Part shown: positions 1 to 13,060 of the stretch, piece after piece
Layout: every line of letters starts with the position of its first letter
Numbering within the stretch: the stretch's first letter is position 1
NCBI RefSeq assembly: GCF_006345805.1
Contig: NC_043009.1
Span: forward strand, 57,288,001-57,352,000
DNA length: 64,000 bases
Origin: Octopus sinensis
Taxonomy: Eukaryota
Reading direction: 5' to 3'
Notes under the pieces: generated by a model
What the model was told of the DNA's origin: nothing
The model's database searches: none
The model's input: the letters and a program-made list of their open reading frames with translations, nothing else
Made by a program: the position numbers and the translations under genes

Positions 1-232
1 AAACACACCAGCATTGGTTGTCAAGCAATGCTAGGGAGATAAACACAGATACACAAACACATACATATATACGGCTTCTTCAGTTTCCGTCTACCAAATC
101 CACTCACAAGGCATTGGTCGGCCAGGGGCTATATAGCAGAAGACACTTGCCAAGATGCCATGCAGTGGGACTGAACCCGGAACCATGTGGTTGGTTAGCA
201 AGTTACTTATCACACAGCCACTCCTGCACCTA
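1..232 (-). mobile_element. SINE family A (tRNA-derived head, internal microsatellite), partial
   Basis: Reverse complement of head AGGAGTGGCTGTGTGGTAAG..GGTTCAGTCCCACTGC and body. Confidence 0.85.
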
Positions 233-639
233 TATATGATATATATGTATATATCTATAGATAAGTTGCTATTTCAAATACGACAGCAGAATAAAACAGA
301 AGATGGAGTTTGTCATTTTATAACGACATAAATTAGATAATCTCTATATGTGTTTTACTAGCATTCACTAGTATGTAATGAGGTAATTGTTATATAGACA
401 ATTGCATAATCACCGTACAAAGCCAGATCCTGTGAAGAAAAACAGTAATTTATGTTATAATATAAAATTTAACTGAATCTTATTTTATTCTACTCTTGTG
501 TATATATATGCATATATATGTGTGTGTGTTCATGTATGCATGCATGTATATCATGCATACACACACACACACATTGGTAATTAGTAAGGGATTTCTTCAA
601 ACGTTTACCAGTATGTTCACAGTTAGGTATTTGAAGCTG

Positions 640-683
<44 letters not shown>

Positions 684-1393
684 AAAATCGATTCCAGGTG
701 AGAATGCAATCGATAAAGCCGTGGGAACGTGTGTTTGTACGCGCAAGTACATCAGCTGTTGCGATCAATACTACACGTACGCGAGAAAAATGCACGTGCA
801 GTTTGCGCAAGAAATCCTGGCTGGCTTGAAATAATGCCACAACCCACCTTTTATGGGACGGTCGGACAAGTTGTTTTGAGAAAATTTGGTTTAAATTTGA
901 CAACTCAGCACTGTCCATTGGACCGGGGTGGGGGGTGCTCGTATATATATAATGATCAACGGACTCCAAAGACACTGGTGTTGTATTGGTGTTGGTTTGC
1001 ATCATCAAGACTGATATCATTTAGGAAAATTGATGAAAAGCGTAGCGAACTTGCCATGGAGAGTGGGAAAAATCTGACATTTGGACAGAGACCTTCTTTA
1101 AGGAAAGTTGACAGGAGAGAAATTAATAAGAGACAGAGTTTTACATCTTCTATGTTCGAAAAAAAAAAAAAAATTGGCTGCAACTGATAAAGAACGCAGG
1201 ACAAAAGGAGCTTCATACATGAACAGGAAGTGGCAGGAGAGAGAAATGGTGCGAGAAAGGTAGAAGGAAAGAGGAATGGAATGGAGAGAAAATGAGAGAG
1301 AAGAGAAGCAGTACATAGATGCATTACATAAGCAGTTCATAAGAACAAGGTTAGACTAAACCAATAGTAAAGGAAAGAAAATGGAGCACAAAC

Positions 1394-1536
1394 CCGATAA
1401 TAAGCTTGTTTTATTTCCTTTTGGTCAGCATTTTTGGAAACTCCTAAGACATTGTAATAATCCTGTTTGTTGCGAGTCTGGCTTGAATGAATAAGTCGCA
1501 CATGTGTCGTTGGTATTAAAGATTTCTTCAGTTTTT
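1394..1536 (-). CDS. DNAJA3: DNAJA3 coding exon 2, start of J-domain
   Basis: Acceptor TTTTTGCTTCGTCTGTAG|, donor CGG|GTTTGT; 143 bp, phase 1 to 0; encodes (E)KLKKSLIPTTHVRLIHSSQTRNKQDYYNVLGVSKNADQKEIKQAYYR. The RLIHSS-then-DYYxxLGV pattern is characteristic of DNAJA3; the HPD-containing exon is not in the window. Confidence 0.92.
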
Positions 1537-1637
1537 CTACAGACGAAGCAAAAATAATATATAAATTGAAATATGTGAAAACAAAACAACAAATAATACA
1601 AAACAAAAAAAAAAAAACTAGAGATGGCAAAATGTAA

Positions 1638-2131
1638 CTGTAAATCCACGAGTATAATCCGCATTTCCCCCCCCAAATTTAAAGGTCAAAATCCCTAGTG
1701 CGTACTATATACGAGGTTAGAAATGAAAATTATTTTCTAAGCAATGTCCGAGTCTCTATTTGTTGTCTGGCTATGTGTATTCAGGCACATTTTGTGATGT
1801 CGGGCGCGAAAATACCTTAAGCTAAGCCTGGAAGCAATGAAGTCATAAAAGAATCATCCATAACTTGCAGTAAGCAACATTTATTAAACGTTATTACTGT
1901 TATTTCTTTATTTTCTGCAAACAAAATGCACAAAAAGCTACACATTTGCATTGTTATATATGTACAATAATAATAAAGGACTTTACTGTGTACAGTTTTA
2001 CAAACTAAGGATGTTATATAGACCTCATTGACTCAAGTTAGAGATGGGGTACGTATTGTACACAAGGTTTAGGTTTTTCAGAGGTACAGCCCCCTAAAAA
2101 TCCACTGCATATTATACTCAAGGATTTACGG
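1638..2131. mobile_element. Tc1/mariner-superfamily MITE (CCGTAAAT-type TIRs, Tc2-like), copy 1
   Basis: Ends CTGTAAATCCACGAGTATA ... TATACTCAAGGATTTACGG|TA; interior homologous to 19622-20132. Confidence 0.75.
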
Positions 2132-2739
2132 TAATTAAGAGTCAAAATGGTGGATTGCCATAATCAGTAGAGTGTGAAATGAAGTGTTTTGTAGTATTTG
2201 GTTAGAGTCATTTACATTCTGAGTTCAAACCACATTGGGGTCAACTTTGTTTTTTCATTTTCATCCTTCGGAGATTGATAAAATAAAGAACCAATAAGGC
2301 TGTTCTGTATACAGAAGGGGTCCTCACTGCTCGATGTTGGGTCTGTTTGTGCAAAGTAAGAACGAGTGAGAAGAGAGGGCAATTGAAGGGTGACAAGGAG
2401 AAAGAAGAGAGAGCATGGGGGTGGGAGTGGTGGTGCAGAAGAGAGTGATTGGAGGTGATAGTGTAGTGGAGAAGGGGAGAAATATGGGACTTGGTGTTAA
2501 GAGGAGTAATGAAGAGAAACAGTAATGGCAGAGTGTAATGAGAGAGACAGAGAGGGAGAGAGTTATGGCATAGGATAATAGAAGGAAGACACAATGTCAC
2601 AGGTAAAGGAGCAAATGATGGGCAGACATGGAAATGGTCAGTGTTAACCGAGTGTGATGGATGTGAATAATGAGTGACCCAAGGGAAATGGAATGGCTGA
2701 TATTTAGTCCAGAAATGGGGTAATGTTAGCTATACACAA

Positions 2740-2915
2740 ATGGCACCAGTGCTGGTGGCATGTAAAAGCACTCTTAACATTCTCAGAGTGGTCGGCGTTA
2801 GGAAGCATCAAGTTATAGAAAACCATGCCAAATCAGAGTGGAGTCTGGTGCAGCCTGCTGGCCCAGTCAAACTGTCCAACCCATGCCAGCATGGACAACA
2901 GATGTTAAATGATTA
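2740..2915 (+). mobile_element. SINE/retroposon family F (GGCATCCAGCTGTAGAAAC core, (GAT)n tail), diverged
   Basis: Homologous to 4440-4628 and 42700-42895. Confidence 0.7.
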
Positions 2916-3189
2916 TGATATGTGTGTGTGTGCGCGTGCATGCATGTTTATTGTTTCTGTGCATCTTCCACATACAAAAGCCATTTTCCCTGTTAATTGT
3001 CCTCTGATATTGCTGCACCTTTTATGTGTCCAAAGCTTATGCCAGGTTCATCTTATGGAGTTTCTACCTACACCTTTTCTACAGATCAAGCAGGGGCGTC
3101 TACTTGAAGGAATTTGTGATTTGTCTGCCTTCCTACTTACTACAACTTTGGTTTTCGCTAGGTCCGTCGATTCTAGACCTTGCTTCCAT

Positions 3190-3965
3190 ACTTGAAACTT
3201 CTCTAGTTCTGGTAGTGATTCAGCTATAAGAGCAAGGTGATCAACATAGAGGAGCTCTCAGGGGCAGCCTCTGTTATTGCCTGGAGGACTATGACGAACA
3301 AGAGAGGGCTGAGGACTGATCCTTGCTGAACCCCTACTTGTACCCTCAATTCTTTGCTGTACTCATTACCAACCCTCACTTTACTGGTAGTGTCCCTGTA
3401 CAAGGCTTGTACAGCTCTCACCAACTACTCGTCTATCCCTAGTTTCTGCATTGACCACCAGATAAGGGATTGGGCGACCCTGTCAAAGGCTTTCTCCAAG
3501 TCAACAAAAGTCAAATACAGAGGTTTATCTTTGGCTAAGTATTTCTCCTGCAGCTACCTTACCAGAAATATAACATCAGTGGTGCTTCTACCTGGCACAA
3601 AACCAAACTGCATCTCATCTAGACTAACCATCTCCCTAATTAGTTGGATTATGACTCTCTCTGCAACTTTCATCACCTCATCCAACAATTTGGTACCTCT
3701 GTAATTATTTCTATCTAAGGCATGACCTTTACCTTTGTAGCAGTTGACTATGGGTAGGACTCCTTTGTGAACCACCTGATTTACAATACGGGTAACTAGA
3801 TCATAACCCACACTGCCAGATATTTTAAGCAACTCAGCAGTGATTTCTGATGGGCCAGGGGCTCTCCCTGTCTTCATATCCTTAATTGCTTTATCTACCA
3901 GGGTACTGTTGATTCAGGTCGCTGGTCCCTCAATTGGGTCAATATTTAGCAGACTCTCCTCCTCC
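3190..3965 (-). mobile_element. RTE-clade LINE reverse transcriptase fragment (decayed)
   Basis: Peptides KTGRAPGPSEITAELLK, YKGKG..NYRGTKLL, QFGFVPGRSTTDVIF, DLEKAFDRV, VGVQQGSVLSPLLF; frameshifts and stops. Confidence 0.9.
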
Positions 3966-4284
3966 CATTATAAAGATATAAACTAGGACAATAAAGTCGA
4001 TTGGGACTACCAGTTTGTCAACTATTGGCTGGTTTAACTTACTAGTTAAGCAAGCTGATAAGCAAAACTTATAGTTGCAGCTGACTTGATCTTCACAAAA
4101 AATTTGACTACCATCGGTAGTAAATGTTCAGCTGTTATTCTTAAAATTGCTTTAAAAGAATGGTCTCCAATTTTGGAACAAGATCAGAAATTTTAGGGGA
4201 AGGGGTGAGCATGCTCTGCCAGATGTGTTGTGTTAGTGTATTTGAATGATGAGGATATAAATGAATTATCGATTGGTACTTTTT

Positions 4285-4628
4285 ACTTGCCACCGGCACA
4301 GAAGCCAGTCAAGCTGGCATCGGCCATGCTCGGATGGTGCTTTTTACGTGCCACCGGCACAGGTATCACAACTACTATTTCTATTTGATATTCATCAATA
4401 TCAAAATAAATATCAAATGGAAATTGTAGTTGTGATACCTGTGTCGGTGGCACGTAAAAAGCACCCACTACACTCACGGAGTGGTTGGTGTTATGAATGG
4501 CATCCAGCTGTAGAAACTCAGCCAGATCAGATTGGAGCCTGGTGCAGCCATCTGGTTCGCCAGACCTCAGTCAAATCATCCAACCCATGCTAGCATGGAA
4601 AGCGGACGTTAAACGATGATGATGATGA
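4285..4628. mobile_element. Family F element, head-to-head inverted pair with (GAT)n tail
   Basis: 4290-4392 is the reverse complement of the 5' unit seen at 42630-42730; 4409-4628 is a plus-strand copy. Confidence 0.75.
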
Positions 4629-7600
4629 TAGTGACAGGTTCAAAAGAACATCCCTTGGGCAAAGCAAAATATTTTGTGGGAGGACTAAAAGTTATAAATT
4701 AAAATGTATCTATATCTATTCATCATCAACATTGAATTTCTCCTGAGTTTTAACCAAGTTAACGCAATATTGGAATGGGGGAAGGAATTTAAAGGTGTTA
4801 GTATCAAGAATATAGCACAACCAAATCCAAAGCCTCAGTCTTCAGTAAAGTAAAATGCACACACACACAAACGTCGTACACAAGTGTGCCCCACCGACTT
4901 TATTTCTTCATAACTTAGCAGAAAAACCCGGATTTTTTTAATGAATGAGGTAACAAAGGCAACTCGTGTGAATTTTCTGAAACTCCTCTCCTTGCCACCG
5001 CACGGATTTTTTTTTTTCATAGCCAATTTCGATATAGTCGGAATCTACACTACCTGAAGCATATTTACAGAAAATTTCATTAGAAAATATCCATTTTTCT
5101 GAAAGTCACAAGGGAAACAACACAGCATATTGAGGAGGTGGGGGGGGGACACTTCTGTAAGTATGTCAAAACACACACACACATACAAACAGGGGCCATC
5201 ACTGGTATACTTCTGAAGTTGCAAAGACGAAACGAACACCGACTTTTGAACTATCGCTAATAGCGAAAAGACGACGGACCGGCAAAATGGTTTGTGTCTT
5301 TGATGTAAAAACCAAAGGTATCGATCATAAAGACAGAGTTAAGAAAGCAGATTTTATTTAATAGCTTCAACGAGAATTTTAGACGAGAAACTTTTACCTA
5401 ATGCTGGGTTATACATTATAATAGATAAATTATATAACATATAATTTACACACACACAAACAACTACAAGAGAGTTACTAGAAATAGCAACGAAATCTTT
5501 CTTAAGGTACATACTGAATAATGTAGTCCGTCGTATTATACTAAAAAAAAAAAATCAATTAAAAAGGGCGGGGCGATCGCAGTTGAGATGACTTTAATCC
5601 CTATGTTTGTTGAATTAAAATCGATTTGGGGGCACACCACAAATGTGATTTACACACACACATACACGAACATACTATCATAGATACACGTGTGTGAAGA
5701 GATAGATTGATAAAGAAAGAGCGAGAGAGAAAGAGAGAGAGTTATAGAAACAGGCACGCAGCTACCACAGTAGAAAAATAGAGGTCACCTCGTCAGGAAA
5801 CTTCTCGTTTGACGTCATTACTTTATAACGAACGATAAGGTAATAAAAGATTGTGGAGAGTCTGCATTTATAGGGGGTAGACTGGGTGATGAGGAGATGG
5901 GGCGTCGAGGAAGGCGGTGCGTAGTCCTGGCTTTTCTCAAGGGCATTAATAGTCACGGACGGGGTAAATGATGACATGTTTACAGTGGCAAATCGAAACC
6001 GAACAGCGACTTTCGGATCGGCAGGAACCTCGCCCTTACTCGCTTTATAACAGCAGGGCGGCTTTCTTAGTGTGAGATACATTGAAAATAAGGCTGGATA
6101 GTCATGGTTAGAACGCCGTGTTCGTAAATCTGTGTCAACAGTGCTGACCTTGGGCTAAACAACATCACCATCATCGCTACCATTTACCATTTTATAAAAA
6201 TTTCGTAATTATGTTCCACATCGTTTGTGGCAACGGAGGTGGGACGGCGAGAAAGCATGAACGTCACACAATCACATTCCCACTCCGCAACCAACTTAGC
6301 AGGCGAATACGATTCTCAAGACGGGGTTTCGATTCTATTACGAATCCGTTTCAATAACTACCTTTCACCGTGTGTGTATGTTGTTACCATTATAGTTATT
6401 AATTGATGGAAATCAATCAAAATATTTAATCTTTAGGCGGTATTTTGAACGGAAGCCGTAAAAGGGACGTAACTAGATATCGCAATACATGTGGTCCGGC
6501 GCTCGACCGATTTTGCACAAACATTGGCTCCACTTTTCTTTCCGTAACTTCGACATAAATTCGAATATTTATTAGGAGACAGAAGTGAAGGAAGATTAAT
6601 TAATTAAATAATAAATCCTAGTAAATTACTGGTGGTTACGAAGGGACCCTCACAACAAATCACTGAATTTGATTTTTGCTACGGGAAAAGGTCACAGGTT
6701 GTGTAACCCGATGTCACCGCAAATCGAGAAAAACCAACGAACGTAGGCATTCTAGCTATGACCACTCACACTGAGGGGTTATCTAAAATTATTATATTAT
6801 CAAATGTATCCTTCCGCTTACGATCGAATAGATAGATAGATGTATCCTTGCGTTTGTGAGATTTGGCTGCTATATCTTGCAGCTCGGACCACCCCGTAGA
6901 AGCTCCTTGTTGAGCGTAATTTACATCGATTTTTACACTTCAACAACGTAGCAAATTCTGAAGGAAAGAGCATGACGGTCACAACTTCATCTTTTTCGAG
7001 AAAAACCTCTCTTGCGTCGCCGTGTCTCACTAACAAACAGCTATAATATAAAAATGGACAATAACTGTTGAAACATGTTGCGCAGTTATTGTTTCTCGAG
7101 CTTAGGTCAACCCAAATGAAGCTGACAACAAATAATCGAAATTAACTCGAGCCATGACCATCCCCTCCACGTTTTTTTTTAGACTATCAAGGGTTACAAG
7201 GTGTGATCTGAGACAAATTTAGCTGCTATTTTATCAACATGTGGAACGGCGGTCACAGCGAGGCTCTCACATTGTTAATAAGTCTTACAAAACTACGAAA
7301 TAAATTCAAGGTAAGCTGGTATGGTAATGCGGTTTCACTCCCCGGTTAAATTACTCCAATTCAGGCCATGCATTCCATGAACGATTAAGCCTCGTCGAAA
7401 ATACAAGATATTTAATTACCGATGAAGTTCTTGGACCTGCTAGAAATAGCAGCTAAATGTCCTTCACTCACACCCTACTTACTGTCAAGGACACGTTTAA
7501 TAATATTATTATCCCAGGTACATTTAAATAGCTTTGGATAGCCATGAATGGAATGTTCTTGATCGTAGGTGTGGTGTATCGAGATGACTTCAGGCTAAAA

Positions 7601-7782
7601 CAACACCACGGAATCAACAGCACGTGTTGACTAACCACTTCCTGTTATCGAACATGCTGTCACATCTATGAAGATGGATGGATCACATGTCAGATGGGCG
7701 AAGTCGGAATTAAAATTCAATGCAAGGACAGACATTGTCTTATATATATATATATATATTATATATATATATATACATATAG

Positions 7783-8157
7783 TTATTTCTTTATTACCCA
7801 CAAGGGGCTAAACACAGAGGGAACAAACAAGGACAGACATAGGTATTAAGTCGATTACAGCGACCCCAGTTCGTAACTGGTACTTAATTTATCGACCCCC
7901 GAGAGGATGAAAGACAAAGTCGACCTCGGCGGAATTTGAACTCACAACGTAACACCGGGCGAAATACCTATTTCTTTACTACCCACAAGGGGCTAAACAC
8001 AGAGGGAACAAACAAGGACAGACATAGGTATTAAGTCGATTACATCGACCCCCCCCCCCAGTTCGTAACTGGTACTTAATTTATCGACCCCCGAGAGGAT
8101 GAAAGGCAAAGTCGACCTCGGAACTCACAACGTAACGCAGACGAAATACCGCTAAGC
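7783..8157 (-). mobile_element. SINE family C (GGCGGCGAGCTGGCAG head), dimer
   Basis: Two tandem units with GTCGACCTCGGCGGAATTTGAACTC core and AGGGGCTAAAC tail. Confidence 0.85.
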
Positions 8158-10474
8158 ACATTCTCTGAATCAGCTGTCGGTCAGAAGATCGTCAAAATGT
8201 CATCACATTCCGATAACGTCGCCAACTTCCAACGATTAATATAAAAAAAAGAATAAATACACACACAAGGTGTCACCAAGGCTGTCGTGATTAAGGCTCA
8301 GTGTACTACAGATTATGGTGTAGTTGTAAAGAAAGGAGGGTTAAAATAACCTTAGCAAAACACCAGCTCAGTATCCCTACAATTTCCTTATTTGTTGGAG
8401 ACGGGGATCGATATCCCTCTTAGACAATATTATCATTAATAGGCAAAGAAAAAAAAATCAGGTTTAACCAACCTAATCAAGTTAATTTTGTAATAAACTG
8501 TTTTTTTTTTAATTGATCGAAATTATTTCCCCCTTTTTCTTTGAATATGTCACAAACAATTCGCGCTCAATCTTTACTTTCTTCCTCCAATTAACGAGAA
8601 AATTTCATTTGAGAAATTTTTGCGTATCATTAAGTAGATCACGTCTTAAATTATCTTTATATACATATATATTTTATTATATTTACACACACGCACACAC
8701 CCAGTATTTGTCTATCTCACGAGGCCCCAAAACTTCAATTAAAGTAATACCTGTTGGTGTGCTAGGAACAATACGAACCCCTCATCTGTAATGCCATAGG
8801 TGTTAATAACAACGATTACGTACATTGGCACCAAAACATATTGTAATGTATTTTATGAATCCTCACCTTATAATTAGAAGAATTAAAGACAAAATCGACC
8901 TTTGCCAAACTACCGGCAAATAATACGGAATAAAAAAATACGTATTGCCATGCACACACGAAACTTTCAATACTTCGAATGCGTAAAATGAGTCGAATCC
9001 CTTGTTTAATAACAAACTAACTCCAATCGAGTAAACCTAGAATCAAATATGTTCCAAACATAACAATTCCGACTTCTTTTAAAGACTGAAAAATGTTGTT
9101 CTATATCAAATGTCTGTCTATTCTTTTGTAGAAGACAGTAGGAAGATATGATACAATGGAGATTTAGATGCCATTTCTAGCAGGTCAAGCGACCGTACAT
9201 TGACCGGTCTTTGTAACCAAAGCTTAAAAGGTCAGCTACTCAGGTTTTCAGCGATCGTTAATTTACGAAAAAACAAACTAACAAAATAAAGCAAAACATA
9301 TTTAGGCAAGTACAAACAGTTTCGTAGGTTAAACTTAAGATCTACCCTATTTACGATTACATAACTGGGACATTAAGAGACACATTTATTAGTTTTCCAA
9401 GCACAGGTTCATTAGTCTCTACCGGATTTCGTTAGTGGGTGGTGTGCCATAAAACTGTCCACTTTGCATCATCGGGTTATAGTTTTAATTGTTCCTAATA
9501 TTCGTTTAGTTGTTTTTTTAAAAATACATTAATATTTGCAATTGCCTAAACAGAATGCCTCCTTCATGTCTCCATTTCATATTCCCGAGTAAATATTTTT
9601 TTTATTCATCTGGGATTTCACTTCAGAAGTGAACAAAGTTACATTAATTCTCTATATACTGCCAATTTACCAGTTTGTTTATTTTCAACATATCTGTCGA
9701 CATGTAAGTATCTCAAGCTTAATATTTTTTTCCCTCATCGTCTCTGTATAAATCAGTTTGGATGGTTTTTAGTTCCCTTTAATACGAATTCAAGTTTTCC
9801 CTTAAGGGACGGCAAACTGCAGTTCTATAATCCACATGGGATCTTACAGATTCGAAATTGTTTAATTAAATATTATTATACCCATCGCTATATCTAGAGG
9901 GTTTGTGTGGAATGCTGGAAGGATGATGTAATGTTGTGACATTAATGACCTTTCCACTGAGTGAAGTGACATGAAACGGTTTCATGCAGAACTCGAAAAC
10001 CAGTTGCGGACTCGGGCGAATGATTAAAAACAGCGAGCGAGCGAGCTCCGTTCACATTAATTATGGTCTACTGTTGCATATTTTTTATCGTTCCCAGAGA
10101 GGGTAAAATAAATAAACAAATAAAATAAAAAAAAATTTGACACAGAAAGGATCTGAACTCAGAAATAAGAATACAAACAATTTCTAATAGGGGTACGAAT
10201 TTTGTAGAGGAAAGGACATGCTTCCATGACCTCAGTATTCCACTGACCGGTATTTCATTTATCGACCCTGGAAAAGTGAAGACGAGGGCGACCCACGCAG
10301 GATTTGAACATTGCTAGAAACAACAACCAAACTAATAATGGGTTCTAATATTGGTAGAAGAAGAGAAAGAGCACATGCAGTTAAATCACCCCTACTATAT
10401 AACTGGTATTATTTTATATATATATATAATTTATACCGGAATGTTCGATAACACACATACATAGACCCACTCAC

Positions 10475-10685
10475 CTTGCCGTGACGAGACCTCTGTGTAG
10501 AGAGCTACATTTAGCGTAGTGAACCATCGACTTGATGTAAATTGATAGTTAGAAAGACGAGCAGACGGTAAATGACGGTTGATTACTACTTGACAAAGTT
10601 GTTTTAAGGAAATATTATTACTACTACTGTTATTACAGATATGTTTGAGACACCAACGTCCAGCTACATGTCTGTAAGAAGCCAT
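10475..10685 (-). CDS. DNAJA3: DnaJ homolog subfamily A member 3 (Tid1), coding exon 1, mitochondrial presequence-like
   Basis: AAAGATGG start context; 211 bp encoding MASYRHVAGRWCLKHICNN...TEVSSRQ (6 Arg, 2 Lys, 1 acidic in 70 aa); ends CAAG|GTGAGT, a phase-1 donor matching the phase-1 acceptor of exon 2. Confidence 0.85.
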
Positions 10686-10854
10686 CTTTACTACCGCTAC
10701 TGTTGTTGTTGTTGATGATGGTAATGATGATAGTGGGAGTGGTTGTGGATAACAGAGTGTAAGACGGAGGAAGGGAGGTTACGCTCGCCAAGGGAAGTAA
10801 CTCGTCGGTGTCTAAGGGACTAAGTTAACCTCTCGTTCATAACATCACTTAGTC

Positions 10855-10886
10855 TTTTATACTCTTCGCATACACAAGCGGGCGGC
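10855..10886 (-). promoter_or_regulatory. Putative DNAJA3 core promoter (TATAAAA plus GC-box-like)
   Basis: Minus strand GAGTATAAAAGAC with TATAAAA at 10861-10855, about 170 bp upstream of the ATG; GGGCGGCG about 20 bp further upstream. Confidence 0.4.
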
Positions 10887-11216
10887 GATAGACGTACACA
10901 AACATACATACGCACTTAAACACAATAGATACACACATACATACACGCAATAGATGCACACACACATTCACATTAACTCACACATAAATACACGTGCACA
11001 CTCAAACATTCACAACAGACAGACACACACACATTCACAACAGACAGACACACACAAGAAACAGATGTATTGATGCAAAAACGTGAATAAGAACAAAAAG
11101 AAACAAGGAATAATAAAAATTCCTTAAGAATAGACAGAAGGGCAAAAGGAACAAGATTTCTGCAGAGGGTTGTACTAGATTACATTGCCATCAGTACCTG
11201 ACTGGTTCTTTTAATC

Positions 11217-11566
11217 TTTTAATTGTTTCAGTCTTTTGTCTGCGGCCATGCTGGAGCACCGCCTTCAGTCGAACAAATCAATCCCGCGACATGTTCTTTG
11301 TAAGCCTACTACTTATTCTATCGGTCTATTTTGCCGAACCGCTAGGTTGCGGGGATGTAAACACACCAGCATTGGTTGTCAAGCGACGGTGAGGGAACAA
11401 CCACAGCCATATATATATATTCCGCCTACGAAATCTACTCACAAGACTTTGGTTGGCCTGAGGCTATAGTGGAAGACACTTGCCCAAGGTGCGACGCACT
11501 GGGATTGAACCCGGAATCATGTGGCCGGTAAGCAAGTTACTTACCATACCGCCACTCCTGCGCCTA
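11217..11566 (-). mobile_element. SINE family A
   Basis: Head at 11566, tail GCGGCCATGCTGGAGCACCGCC near 11245. Confidence 0.85.
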
Positions 11567-12822
11567 TAGAAATAACGTTCCCATGCCGGGAAATTTTGGG
11601 GGAGGGGGAGGCAGTCGATTTGATCGACCCCATTACGCAAATGGTACTTAATTTATTGACCCCGAACTCAGAAATGAATTCATTTGGATACAGCCAATCA
11701 GAGCTCACCTTGACTTGTTGTCAAGTTAACAAACATACTCTACCAAGTAAACTCAAGACAAAGAATGGTGTTGTAAGTCGATCGATCGCCAAGTTATGCC
11801 TGATTTTAGAAAGAGACAAGTTGTTAGATTTGCATCTATGCCTATTATCGGATTTTGTTTGGGCCCCATAAGGTAAAGATGTGGATGAGAAAGATGTGGG
11901 TAGAGGGTGATGTGCTAGCAACCCTCCCCCCTTACTGCTGTACAAAGTAAACAACAATACAAATAACTACGCAGAGGTAGCCATGGTTGAAACAAGAACA
12001 AGAACAACAAGCATTCTTAAAAGAGAAAAGAAGCATGGTCATTCCTTACCCAATTGACCTTCATCATCATTGTTCGACCGTGGTCGAGACAATGGAATTT
12101 ACCATGCTACGCCAGACTTCACGGTCCATCATGGCATTACGGAGGTCCTGTTGCTGGATGCCTGTATCCCTGGAGATTACATCAGGGTAGGAAAGTGTGC
12201 GCCCTCTGGTATTGCGAGTAGATTGACCTTATCTTATCGCCCATCACTTATGCGCTCATAAATTAGTTTGGATAGTTGAGCTCTGATTGGCTGTATGCAA
12301 ATGAGTTCATAACCGGAGTCCGGCAGCATGAAAGGTAAAGTTGACCTCAGCGGCATTTGAACTCAGGGCGTAAAAGTGCCGGAACAAATGCCGCATGATA
12401 GTTTTCGATGCTCAAGCGGTTATGCCAATTCGCAGCCTTAAATGGTTTCTGGTTTAGGCACAAGGCCAGCAATTTTGAGGGAAAGGAGTGTAGTGAATGT
12501 CATCGATCCCAGTAATTGATTACTTTATTTTATCGACCCTCGAAAGGATTAAAGACAAAGATAACGTTGTCAGGAAATGAACTAAGAACGTGAAGAACAT
12601 TTTGTTCGACCCTTAACGATTCTTCCAGTCTTCGGTCTCTTTGGCTGAACAGCAAAGAAACGGGGACGTAAACAACCCAGTACCGGTTGTCAAGTGATGG
12701 TGGGGACATAAAGACACACATCTATCTATCAGTCTGTCTATATGTATATGTGTGTGTGTGTATGTATGTATGTATGTATGTATGTATGTATGTATGTATG
12801 TATGTATGTATGTATGTATGTA

Positions 12823-13060
12823 TCTATCGATATAAAGATGAGAATGTGTGTGTCTTTCTGTCTGTGTGAATCCCTAAAATTTGAGAACTACACAACCAAT
12901 TTCATTCAAATTTTACACATGCCTTACTTAGGGTCTATGTAGTGTTTAACTTCTTGCCTAGGGCGAGCCCACAGCAATATCATATCTTCTCCACTATTTC
13001 AGTATTACATGTCAAAAGGGAAACAAAAACATCTCTTTATTGTAATGTCACATGCTTTTA
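12823..13060 (+). mobile_element. Non-autonomous Helitron-like 5' portion
   Basis: A|TC start TCTATCGATATAAAGATGAGAATGTGTGTGTC, similar in style to the 5' ends at 38552 and 38994; no CTAG 3' end identified. Confidence 0.5.

Noticed and set aside
490-1330. ORFs left of exon 2 as DNAJA3 exon 3
   Set aside because: No LAKKYHPD-like sequence in any frame.
5884-6150. C/D-box snoRNA from GTGATGA/ATGATGA and CTGA
   Set aside because: Boxes are too far apart, with no terminal stem or recognisable rRNA antisense element.
6818-7036. Arg-rich ORF as DNAJA3 exon 1
   Set aside because: No GT donor in the required phase, and it overlaps a dispersed repeat motif (ATAGCAGCCAAATCTC). 10475-10685 fits much better.
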